DNA of 63,759 nucleotides, the filler included, from Octopus bimaculoides (lineage: Eukaryota): NCBI RefSeq assembly GCF_001194135.2. It is 7 parts of 5 records of this genome, joined end to end, with 100 filler letters (N's around TTAATTAATTAA, not from the genome) between each part and the next. Parts side by side here need not be neighbours in the genome. Positions count along the whole stretch, not along the records: positions 51,930 to 57,885 come from NC_068983.1; positions 57,986 to 61,788 come from NC_068981.1; positions 61,889 to 63,759 come from NC_068982.1; 4 more parts are not named here. The stretch is one strand, 5' to 3'. A model generated the notes under the pieces. That model saw nothing but the letters and a program-made list of their open reading frames with translations, did no database searches and was not told the DNA's origin. Positions 52,834-63,759 of the stretch are shown here, one piece after another. The position numbers and the translations under genes were made by a program. Within the stretch, counting starts at the first letter, position 1, and each line of letters begins with the position of its first letter.

Positions 52834-53310
52834 TTAAACAATATATATATATATAATATATATAATATATATAATATATCTAATATATATTAAATATATT
52901 ATGTATACTATATACGTAATGTAGAAAGAGTTAAGATGCATTTTCATTTACGCATACATGCATACAGACATGCACATATACATATACATATAAACATACA
53001 TACACACACGCAAACTTACACACGAACACAAACACATACATATAAAAGAAGCTGACAAAGAAGGTCTGGTTGTTATTACGGATACAGATTGTGACAAGAA
53101 TATGATATTGGAAATGCTACAAGATGAAATCTACTGTGAAGAATAAAAGAATTACGAACCTGTGAAAGTTATGAAACTACTCATCGTCTCACAATACCGA
53201 TATGAAACTCATTTAACTGATAAAGAACTGGATTACTACACGGACTACAAATACAGACTTTCAAAGGACTGCCTAAAATACAAATGAATAAACTAATAAA
53301 ATAATCATTT

Positions 53311-53542
53311 ATTTCTTTATTGCCAACAAGGGGCTAAACATAAAGGGGACAAACAAGGACAGACAAAGGGATTCAGTCGATTACATCGAACCCAGTGCGT
53401 AACTGGTACTTATTTAATCAACCCCGAAAGGATAAAAGGCAAAGTCGACCGCGGCGGAATTTGAACTCAGAACGTAACGGCAGACGAAATACTACGAAGC
53501 ATCTCACCCGGCGTGCTAACGATCCTGCCAGCTCACCGCCCT
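53311..53542 (-). mobile_element. SINE family D, full length, 20-bp TSD
   Basis: TSD aactaataaaataatcattt (53291-53310) / aactaacaaaataatcattt (53543-53562). Confidence 0.95.
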
Positions 53543-53595
53543 AACTAACAAAATAATCATTTGAATATATTCAACCACCTACGTAATACAGTAAA

Positions 53596-53844
53596 AGAAA
53601 AAAAAAACCTCGAGTCATGCCGACTTACAAGGACCAGTTTCCCGGTTTCATGGCGTATATATTCCCTCACCTGGACGGGACGCCAGCCCATTGCATGATT
53701 GATTACTCATTTTTGCCAGCTGAGTGAACTTGAGCAACATGAAATGAAGTGTTTTGCTCAAGAACACAACGTGTCATCCGGTTCAAGTATCTAAACCACA
53801 ATTTTGAGTCCAACACCCTAACCACTAAGCCACGCCCCTACACT
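53596..53844 (-). mobile_element. SINE family B, full length, 10-bp TSD
   Basis: TSD atacagtaaa (53586-53595, 53845-53854); head gcgtggcttagtggttagggtgttgg. Confidence 0.92.
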
Positions 53845-55024
53845 ATACAGTAAATAGAAATACCTATATTGTCAAACTTTGATAATTTGAACCTATTTAG
53901 CAACATTCTTCACAATAATGGAATCGAGGCTAAAGAATATTGGTTAGACTCATTTTCTCATGAAATACAAGAGCGCGTACATAGAAAATTTGTTGTGGAT
54001 GGAGTCCAATTCATTTAAAAAGAAACTGTTTCATATTCGGTAGCATGGCCTATCGACAAAAGTCAGGAACGGCCATGAGAATGAACGTTGTTCCAATATT
54101 TTCCTACATGGTCATGAGATACCATGAACTGAAAAACCTTCGAAAAATCTGATGTTTTTGCAGATGAATTCAGCTGAATTTTTAAAGAAAACTGGAGGAG
54201 ACTTCGCTACTTTTATTTCATTTTATAGAGAGAAAATAATGACAGATTGAAGCAATTCTTTTAATTCTTATAAATAACATAAACTTTAACATGTAGGCCC
54301 ATGTGGAGTTAAGTGACGATAAACTCCTCTGCTTAGACTTTCTAATAACAAAAAGAGAATGGACATATGCTTTAAAATCACCAATACATAATTTTACATA
54401 ATGTCACTCGAAACATACCGAAGCAATTGTCCATTCAACACAGTAAAATGGATATGCACTCTTGTGTCAAACCTTGAAACAAGAGACCGAAAACAAGACG
54501 AAAAAAAAAATTGAGGGAATTTGGAATTTAGAAAGTCGAACAACTTAGTAGCAAAGAGCTTCGAACAAACAAAATACACAGAAAAGAAATTACCATTTCA
54601 CATATCTCAACTTTTAACACTAAGAACACCGAAATTTTCACCAACATCATTTTAAACTTATTATTACAAGGCGAAGAAATTCAAAACTTGGAAAAACATA
54701 AAAAAGTAAGAAGCAAATGAAAACACTAAAATTATTATTGGCCAATACACAAGCGATGGACTCTAAAATCATCAGAATCAAGTGACCAGACTGTGACATA
54801 TGTAGCTATCTATTGGTAGCTTCAAAGAGCCCTACCTTCAAATTAAAAACAATTTCTCCTGCAATTCGAACAACCAAATATACGCTATAAAATGTGTATG
54901 GTGCCGATAATATTACATCGGAAAAACAGGAATAACACTCAGAAAAAAAAACGATGGTACAGCGCCAACAAATCAGGGAACTATAACAAGAAAAATATTT
55001 CCGAGTGAACGTATAGATAATTGT

Positions 55025-55405
55025 TGTTGGCACTCCGTCGCTTACGACGTCGAGGGTTCCAGTTGATCCGATCAACGGAAGCCTGTTCATGAAATTAACC
55101 TGCAAGAGGCTGAGCACACCACAGACACGTGTACCCTTAACGTAGTTCTCGGGGATATTCAGCGTGACAGTGTGACAAGGCTGACCCTTTGAAATACAGG
55201 CACAACAGAAACAGGAAATAAGAGTGAGAGAAAGTTGTGGTGAAAGAGTACAGCAGGGTTCACCGCCATCCCCTGCCGGATCCTTGTGGTGCTTTAGGTG
55301 TTTTCGCTCAATAAACACTCACAATGCCCGGTCTGGGAATCGAAACCGCGATCCTATGACCACGAGTCCGCTGCCCTAACCACTGGGCCATTGCGCCTCC
55401 ACACC
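55025..55405 (-). mobile_element. SINE family A, full length, 7-bp TSD
   Basis: TSD taattgt (55018-55024, 55406-55412); (CAA)n tail; removing the SINE restores the PLE frame IDNCRG. Confidence 0.93.
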
Positions 55406-55743
55406 TAATTGTAGAGGATAGGTATTACCTAACTATTCAGTCTTCCCATTCTATCAGTGTTCTGACTCAACGAATGAACACCAACGAAACAATAAAAAAA
55501 ATATTTTGTTAACAAATATAAACCAAAACTCAATGCAGTACACTTTAATTAGCTCACAACACTAACTGTATAACCACATTCTTCTTCCAGTTGGTGACAT
55601 CAATACAAATTTTTGTCAGGTGAAAATAATGAGATAATGAATACTAATAACATCTCTGACTAAACAAACTGAAACATAGTTCTCAATATTTTTACGGAAA
55701 TGTATGCTGACACACCCTCATTTCTGGATGTACAAGTGTATGT

Positions 55744-55776
<33 letters not shown>

Positions 55777-56501
55777 ATATATATATANNNNNNNNNNNNN
55801 NNNNNNNNNNNNNNNNNNNNNNNNNNNNNNNNNNNNNNNNNNNNNNNNNNNNNNNNNNNNNNNNNNNNNNNNNNNNNNNNNNNNNNNNNNNNNNNNNNNN
55901 NNNNNNNNNNNNNNNNNNNNNNNNNNNNNNNNNNNNNNNNNNNNNNNNNNNNNNNNNNNNNNNNNNNNNNNNNNNNNNNNNNNNNNNNNNNNNNNNNNNN
56001 NNNNNNNNNNNNNNNNNNNNNNNNNNNNNNNNNNNNNNNNNNNNNNNNNNNNNNNNNNNNNNNNNNNNNNNNNNNNNNNNNNNNNNNNNNNNNNNNNNNN
56101 NNNNNNNNNNNNNNNNNNNNNNNNNNNNNNNNNNNNNNNNNNNNNNNNNNNNNNNNNNNNNNNNNNNNNNNNNNNNNNNNNNNNNNNNNNNNNNNNNNNN
56201 NNNNNNNNNNNNNNNNNNNNNNNNNNNNNNNNNNNNNNNNNNNNNNNNNNNNNNNNNNNNNNNNNNNNNNNNNNNNNNNNNNNNNNNNNNNNNNNNNNNN
56301 NNNNNNNNNNNNNNNNNNNNNNNNNNNNNNNNNNNNNNNNNNNNNNNNNNNNNNNNNNNNNNNNNNNNNNNNNNNNNNNNNNNNNNNNNNNNNNNNNNNN
56401 NNNNNNNNNNNNNNNNNNNNNNNNNNNNNNNNNNNNNNNNNNNNNNNNNNNNNNNNNNNNNNNNNNNNNNNNNNNNNNNNNNNNNNNNNNNNNNNNNNNN
56501 N

Positions 56502-56562
<61 letters not shown>

Positions 56563-56968
56563 CTGTGTGTTTCTGTGTGTATGTATGTATGTATGTATGT
56601 ATGCATGTATAAGCATAAATTTAAAGGAGTGGAACAGGTAATATGCAAGCTACATGTGTTTCTTAACGAGCTGAAGTTTATCACATAGCTATTATGTAAG
56701 GAAGTATCCACAGCGTAGCTATTCATCAGGCTGAAGTTACCTCAATGAAGTTTACGTTGCCGCTAATTTCTTGTAACAGTGAGTTGTATAGAAACTATCA
56801 GCTTATCCAACTTATTTGCAGCTTTGATATGAGAAAGTGTCTAACTTACGATGCCAATAGATTGTTATTTTAATCTTATCGTATACTGTCCACTTTTGTT
56901 CTCTATAGTAGCCGCCTACTGCTTGAAGCTTACAAAATTCCTACATTCGTGTCCTTGGATCATACTTT

Positions 56969-57026
<58 letters not shown>

Positions 57027-57429
57027 GTAGTCGTGTATGTATGTGTTTGTGAAGGCATGCATATGAAAGCGAGAGAAGCTAAGGAGAAGGAAATAAAGTT
57101 GACTGAAGTTTCACGATCTATAAATTTATTTTTCTCATTTTTTAATACATTGTTTTGACGAGTTGAATAAAACTAAAAACTAAAGCAAACCATTAAAATT
57201 TATTTAATCAGTGGTTAGTCATGTGACACATATAGTAGAATAGTTAATTATTCAGAAGTATACTGTTATTGTGTACCATCCATAGATAAGCATGTAGTAA
57301 GCAAACACAACAGTTATTAATGCTAGCTGCAAGTAGTTAATTATTCCCAAAACAACATACATACGTACTTACATACGGCTACCAGCTATTTTCATACATT
57401 TATATATAAACATATGAATGCATAATTAG

Positions 57430-57461
57430 TTTGATAGATAGATAGATAGACAGATAGATAT

Positions 57462-57537
<76 letters not shown>

Positions 57538-57760
57538 GTTTCTTTATTAGCCACACAGGGCTCAACACAGAGGGGACAAAATACAAATGTAGAGTTTTTA
57601 CTTTTCGAGGGGGGCGAAAACAAAGCAGACAAAAAACAAAAGTGGGGACAACGATGAAAAAAAAACATCGCAAAACGTTTGGGGTATTTACAAAAAATAC
57701 GAAATAATACAGAAAATTCCCAATAAATGGGGAGGTTATCCGTGGAAAGATAACCTCCCC

Positions 57761-57795
<35 letters not shown>

Positions 57796-57800
57796 TATAG
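57430..57800. repeat. (GATA)n array interrupted by retroposon-like 3' ends (57539-57762, and 57806-57885 next to it)
   Basis: ttattagccacacagggctcaac..agaggggacaaa occurs twice and resembles the SINE D tail. Confidence 0.7.
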
Positions 57801-57985
57801 ATACATTTCTTTTATTAGCCACACAGGGCTCAACGAAGATGGGACAAATACAATGTAGAGCTTTTCTTTTTGGGAGGGGGAAGGANNNNNNNNNNNNNNN
57901 NNNNNNNNNNNNNNNNNNNNNNNNNNNNNTTAATTAATTAANNNNNNNNNNNNNNNNNNNNNNNNNNNNNNNNNNNNNNNNNNNN

Positions 57986-58342
57986 AACCACATGGTCCCG
58001 GGTTCAGTCCCACTGCGTGGCATCTTGGGCAAGTGTCTTCTACTATAGCCTCGGGCCGACCAAAGCCTTGTGAGTGGATTTGGTAGACGGAAACTGAAAG
58101 AAGCCCGTCGTATATATGTATATATATATATGTATGTGTGTATGTGTCTGTGTTTGTCCCCCCAACATCGCTTGACAACCGATGCTGGTGTGTTTATGTC
58201 CCCGTAACTTAGCGGTTCGGCAAAAGGGACCGATAGAATAAGTACAAGGCTTCGAAAGAATAAGTCCTGGGGTCGATTTGCTCGACTAAAGGCGGTGCTC
58301 CAGCATGGCCGCAGTCAAAAGACTGAAACAAGTAAAAGAGTA
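57986..58342 (+). mobile_element. SINE family C, near full length
   Basis: ccgggttcagtcccactgcgtggcatcttgggcaagtgtcttc...gactgaaacaagtaaaagag. Confidence 0.95.
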
Positions 58343-58983
58343 TATATAAAATAAATGCCAAAGCGAATTTGTGTGTATCAATGTGTCACACTTTGACCAC
58401 CTCTCTCACTATTCAATGACACTTGCACTATTCCTCATGATGGGATGATAGTAATAGTATGAGCTGTAGTTGTGATAGAGGTGGTGGTGGTGGTAAGCGA
58501 TGTGAAAGACAGTGGTGATGGTGGTGGAGGGGAAGGCGACGAAGTCAAAGGTATTGATGGTGGTGGCGTCAAAAGTCTGAATAGTGTGTATATGGCAGTT
58601 GTGGTGGTGAAGGTGGTGGTACTGGTGATGGTGATGGTTGAAAACAATCAACAGAGAGAGAGAAAAAGAGAAAGATAGAGGTTGGACAGGAAAAAAATTG
58701 TACTGACCCCTGAATGGGAAGACAAAAAATGTTGTTTATCATGCAGCTTTGCAATAAGTTCCACGTCGACAAATTATAACATTATTTTGATGAAAATTGT
58801 TCATTGTTTGAAAAATATTGGTCAAGTTTAATCAAATTTAATATGCACTCAATGCATGAAGTGTTACTGTTGGGCCCAAAGCCTAATGAAGAGCCTTCCA
58901 CAAGGGCTAACTTAAAAATCGCCCTATCGGCACGATAAGGCGGCATTTAAGCTTGTATATACACACATACACACACATATATA

Positions 58984-59786
58984 CAGGGCGGGGTAGAGAA
59001 GACGGATGTTTTTGGAATGGCTATTACTCAGCCCCAGGGGGAGGGACATATGTGAGACAGGTATCATTCGGTCCGTGGTGTCAGCATTTTTTTGTCTTTT
59101 CAGGCGAAGCCATAGTGCTGTGAACGAAAGAGCATCGTGTGTTTGCCTACGTGAAGAATAACGAGTCTGTCACAACAGCTCAGCGTGAGTTTCGGCGTTA
59201 CTTGAACATTCACCGAAATCAGGCCGTTCCTACCCGTAGCACAACCTTATGTTGGGTGAAATCACTTCGTACACGAGGTACATTAATGAACAGGAGATCG
59301 GTGGAGGCGCCATGAACGGTCCGGACCCCGGAAAATGTGGAAGGCGTCTGACAAGCTTTGATACGGAGTCCGAATCATTCTGCTCGGAAGCATTCCACTG
59401 AACTTGGCATCGGTAATCGATCAGTAAGACGTATTTTGCATGAAGACCTGAAATTTCCACCCGTACAAATTGGTCATTGGGTAACAGTTGAAACCATGGG
59501 ACTATGCACAGCGGCTTAACTTCGCACGTCAGATGGAAGCAATTTTTGAGGCAAATGACACCGACGGTCCCCTGATTTGTCCATGTGTGATTATTTCTTG
59601 TGGGGAGACCTCACGACACGTCTATGTGCGCATAAACCCCGTGTACTGGACGATTTCAAGGAAGCTAATTCGCGTGGAAGTCATCCAAATCGACAGAGCA
59701 ATGCTGAGAGAGTGGAGGCCAACTATCAAGAACTCTTTCAGAAATGCAACAGTGAAAACGGACACCACATGATAGATGTTGTTTTC

Positions 59787-59790
<4 letters not shown>
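58984..59790 (+). mobile_element. Internally deleted Tc1/mariner-superfamily transposon
   Basis: TA|cagggcg left end; KEHRVFAYVKNNESVTTAQREFRR..VPTRST..RTPENVE..SP..SARK..VRRILHEDLKF..RLNFA joined directly to RSPDLSMCDYFLWG..KP; catalytic core missing. Confidence 0.88.
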
Positions 59791-59817
<27 letters not shown>

Positions 59818-61449
59818 GGCACATTTGTATGTTTTTCTTTTCTTTTCTTTTTATCTAGCAGGGTAAATTCCTTTTATATGAAAACGGTCGTAAGGGAATC
59901 TAAGCCGGGCGTTTGCAACATTTGGGACGCGCATCTTTTCTCTCGAGTCAAGAAAATCTGGTCGCTGAAGTGAAATTATCTTAACATATCTCCTTTATAC
60001 GCGTAAAACCCTTTTAGCCGGTGACTAATGATGTAGGTAAAAAATGCCTGTTGGTGATTTTAATANNNNNNNNNNNNNNNNNNNNNNNNNNNNNNNNNNN
60101 NNNNNNNNNNNNNNNNNNNNNNNNNNNNNNNNNNNNNNNNNNNNNNNNNNNNNNNNNNNNNNNNNNNNNNNNNNNNNNNNNNNNNNNNNNNNNNNNNNNN
60201 NNNNNNNNNNNNNNNNNNNNNNNNNNNNNNNNNNNNNNNNNNNNNNNNNNNNNNNNNNNNNNNNNNNNNNNNNNNNNNNNNNNNNNNNNNNNNNNNNNNN
60301 NNNNNNNNNNNNNNNNNNNNNNNNNNNNNNNNNNNNNNNNNNNNNNNNNNNNNNNNNNNNNNNNNNNNNNNNNNNNNNNNNNNNNNNNNNNNNNNNNNNN
60401 NNNNNNNNNNNNNNNNNNNNNNNNNNNNNNNNNNNNNNNNNNNNNNNNNNNNNNNNNNNNNNNNNNNNNNNNNNNNNNNNNNNNNNNNNNNNNNNNNNNN
60501 NNNNNNNNNNNNNNNNNNNNNNNNNNNNNNNNNNNNNNNNNNNNNNNNNNNNNNNNNNNNNNNNNNNNNNNNNNNNNNNNNNNNNNNNNNNNNNNNNNNN
60601 NNNNNNNNNNNNNNNNNNNNNNNNNNNNNNNNNNNNNNNNNNNNNNNNNNNNNNNNNNNNNNNNNNNNNNNNNNNNNNNNNNNNNNNNNNNNNNNNNNNN
60701 NNNNNNNNNNNNNNNNNNNNNNNNNNNNNNNNNNNNNNNNNNNNNNNNNNNNNNNNNNNNNNNNNNNNNNNNNNNNNNNNNNNNNNNNNNNNNNNNNNNN
60801 NNNNNNNNNNNNNNNNNNNNNNNNNNNNNNNNNNNNNNNNNNNNNNNNNNNNNNNNNNNNNNNNNNNNNNNNNNNNNNNNNNNNNNNNNNNNNNNNNNNN
60901 NNNNNNNNNNNNNNNNNNNNNNNNNNNNNNNNNNNNNNNNNNNNNNNNNNNNNNNNNNNNNNNNTATATATATATATATATTTATATAAAAAATTGTTAA
61001 TAATTATCCTTAGACAATCCTCTTCGTTTCTTTCTCAGTCTCGAATGTATTGATGTTTTTCAATATTTTTCTTTCCCATAAATACATTTAAATGCTATTG
61101 AAAAAATAGTTTGAAAAATCGTAATTTTTTTGCAGCCTCACTCTCTGCCCCCGATTGTTTCTGTTTATAATTTAAAATATTGGAGAGCCTGAAAAGGTCA
61201 TTGCTGGCATTTATCCACTGTGAATTTTAAAAAAAGTGGTATGAGAAAGATTCATTTTAATAGCATACTTTTCTGTTAGAAAATGTCTTTTCTCACACAC
61301 ACGGTTTCGCTTGACTGAGATAAGGGTAAAAATTCAAATTACAATTTTTTTTTGTTTTGTTGTTGTTGCTTATTTATATTCCACCAATGGGCCACGGGTG
61401 TGTATTAGCATCATCATTCCATGAAATGTGTTTAATGGGAGAAAAAAAA

Positions 61450-61515
61450 TTCTTTCTTTATTGCCCACAAGGGGCTAAACATAGAAGGGACAGACGAAGG
61501 GATTAAGTCGATTAC
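61450..61515 (-). mobile_element. SINE family D tail, truncated by an LTR insertion
   Basis: tttctttattgcccacaaggggctaaacatag...gattaagtcgattac. Confidence 0.85.
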
Positions 61516-61780
61516 TGTTATGTTTCCCTCGGACTGACTCGCAGAGATAACATAACGAGTTATACAATTTAATTATTACATTTATTGTTCAATTACATAC
61601 AAAGAACGCACTCACCCAATGTTCGTTATGAATAAACAAAAGTCATGTCCGCCATATATATATCAAAGACCTTTTACTACGACAGTCCCACAAGACAACA
61701 ACAATGAAACAATGAACTCAGACGAACCACATGACACACGGAACGTCAGACGAATTACATATCTAACAGTCCATATAACA
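61516..61780 (-). mobile_element. 265-bp LTR (3' LTR of a minus-strand LTR retrotransposon)
   Basis: Ends TGTTAT...ATAACA; adjacent cctcccc (61781-61787) is a polypurine tract on the minus strand; TATA-like and AATAAA motifs on the minus strand in the expected order. Confidence 0.78.
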
Positions 61781-61939
61781 CCTCCCCANNNNNNNNNNNN
61801 NNNNNNNNNNNNNNNNNNNNNNNNNNNNNNNNTTAATTAATTAANNNNNNNNNNNNNNNNNNNNNNNNNNNNNNNNNNNNNNNNNNNNGACTATACTCTC
61901 ACATATATACAGGCATACTATAAGACACAAGTAAAAACA

Positions 61940-62284
61940 TTCCCAACAATTCAACTTCTCTGGTGACATTAACACCCCCACCCCCAATAGGGGCCTTCAT
62001 TCCCACATTTTAGAGCTCCATGAGCTCCATTTTGCAGGAGCAAAATCTTTTTTACAGGTTCCAGAAGACTGAAATTTTGGAATATGCGCATAAAGATCAA
62101 TAGTATGGGATACATGTCTCATGATTAGAATCTTTTTAGGGTGTGTAAAGAGGGAAAGAACCCTCATGTGCAATTTTGATGAAATTCGAATCATATGTAT
62201 TCCAGTTCCTTACAGAAAATATAACAGAAAAGTCTCATTTTTCAATTGCATGTAACACGGGCAACGCCGGGTAATCTCTGCTAG
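61940..62284 (+). mobile_element. Helitron-like element 3' end
   Basis: GC-rich imperfect hairpin acacgggcaacgccgggt followed by ctgCTAG|T at 62281-62285; 5' boundary uncertain. Confidence 0.6.
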
Positions 62285-63509
62285 TATATAATATAAATGT
62301 CTACATAGACACAAATATACATACAGAAGCATGTGTGTGTGTGTGTACATATATATATATTTGTGCGTGTGTGTGTGTGTGCATGTTGCGTAATGTTAGC
62401 ATTAATCGCAAGTAACCATCACTAGCTGGCGCCACCCAAGGACTGAGGCTCTGTTATTGAAAGGAAGTGATTTCCACTCCAGAAACCTTACGGAAATGGT
62501 TCAGCTTCACAACACATTCACAATATTGCTTTGTATGTGTATATTTATGCATATTTATGTATGTATGTATGTGGTGTGTGTATGTANNNNNNNNNNNNNN
62601 NNNNNNNNNNNNNNNNNNNNNNNNNNNNNNNNNNNNNNNNNNNNNNNNNNNNNNNNNNNNNNNNNNNNNNNNNNNNNNNNNNNNNNNNNNNNNNNNNNNN
62701 NNNNNNNNNNNNNNNNNNNNNNNNNNNNNNNNNNNNNNNNNNNNNNNNNNNNNNNNNNNNNNNNNNNNNNNNNNNNNNNNNNNNNNNNNNNNNNNNNNNN
62801 NNNNNNNNNNNNNNNNNNNNNNNNNNNNNNNNNNNNNNNNNNNNNNNNNNNNNNNNNNNNNNNNNNNNNNNNNNNNNNNNNNNNNNNNNNNNNNNNNNNN
62901 NNNNNNNNNNNNNNNNNNNNNNNNNNNNNNNNNNNNNNNNNNNNNNNNNNNNNNNNNNNNNNNNNNNNNNNNNNNNNNNNNNNNNNNNNNNNNNNNNNNN
63001 NNNNNNNNNNNNNNNNNNNNNNNNNNNNNNNNNNNNNNNNNNNNNNNNNNNNNNNNNNNNNNNNNNNNNNNNNNNNNNNNNNNNNNNNNNNNNNNNNNNN
63101 NNNNNNNNNNNNNNNNNNNNNNNNNNNNNNNNNNNNNNNNNNNNNNNNNNNNNNNNNNNNNNNNNNNNNNNNNNNNNNNNNNNNNNNNNNNNNNNNNNNN
63201 NNNNNNNNNNNNNNNNNNNNNNNNNNNNATATATATATTTCAAACATGTATGTTTGTAAGCATGCTAGGTTTATACACACATACGCATAACTATACACAT
63301 CTACATTTGAAAACACATTTACCTTTCCTCCTTTCTTTTATCTGTTCCGACATGCACACACTTACATAAACGCATTTCACTATTAAACATGCAGACATAC
63401 TCCCCTAACACGTACTTACGCACATAATCAAGCCGCCATGTTAGTTAGATATTCATTCAAAATGAAAAGCTGATAAGATTTCAAAACCATACAAACAAAT
63501 TATATACAT

Positions 63510-63513
63510 ATAC

Positions 63514-63575
<62 letters not shown>

Positions 63576-63690
63576 GTACGTATGTACTTATGTACGTATG
63601 TGTGCATGTATGTATGTATGTATGTATGTATGTATGTATGTATGTATGTATGTATGTATGTATGCATATATGCATGTGTGTATACATGGA
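63510..63690. repeat. (CA)n, (TA)n, (GTAT)n
   Basis: Directly visible. Confidence 0.95.
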
Positions 63691-63759
63691 TGACTGGATG
63701 CGTGTGTGCGTGAAAGAAATTGAAAATAAAAACAAAGAGGTAAAACAAAAAATTCTAAA

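Larger units (their letters stand above)
53042..55545 (+). pseudogene. Near full-length PLE ORF fossil (RT + GIY-YIG) split by three SINEs
   Basis: IKEADKEGLVVI; GLPKI; FDNLNLFSNI.HNNGIEA; YRQKSGTAM; ENWRR; LLCLDFLI; CHSKHT; FSCNSNNQIYAIKCVWC..YIGKTGITLR; PNYSVFPFYQC; KYKPKLN. Confidence 0.9.

Noticed and set aside
58400-58680. Gly/Val- or His/Thr-rich ORFs
   Set aside because: Degenerate GGT/GAT triplet repeat.

Overview
AT-rich, microsatellite-dense eukaryotic (animal) draft-assembly DNA with roughly 9 kb of N gaps. The SINE families and repeat landscape look like an octopus/coleoid cephalopod genome (inference, not a database result). I find no host protein-coding gene, rRNA, true tRNA or CRISPR array. 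Nearly all listed ORFs are microsatellite or N-gap artefacts, and the few real protein signals are decayed transposon ORFs. The window is a layered transposon graveyard. It holds tRNA-headed SINEs of about four families, several with clear target-site duplications (TSDs), and three to four Penelope-like element (PLE) relics with RT and/or GIY-YIG domains. It also holds RTE, CR1 and RLE-type (R4/Dong-like) LINE fossils, mariner/Tc1 relics, hAT-, Kolobok-, Tc2- and Tigger-like MITEs, one LTR with its polypurine tract, and a Helitron-like 3' end. The most interesting signals are: (1) a PLE insertion whose repeated terminal unit combines a tRNA-type Pol III promoter with a minimal hammerhead-ribozyme motif, plus a second hammerhead-like motif of the same design elsewhere; (2) SINEs that swap head and tail modules; (3) an RTE fossil with a 569-bp internal inversion bounded by an 11-bp inverted repeat; (4) an RLE retrotransposon sitting in a (TAA)n array; (5) a dense E-box cluster in unique sequence that may be a bHLH enhancer.
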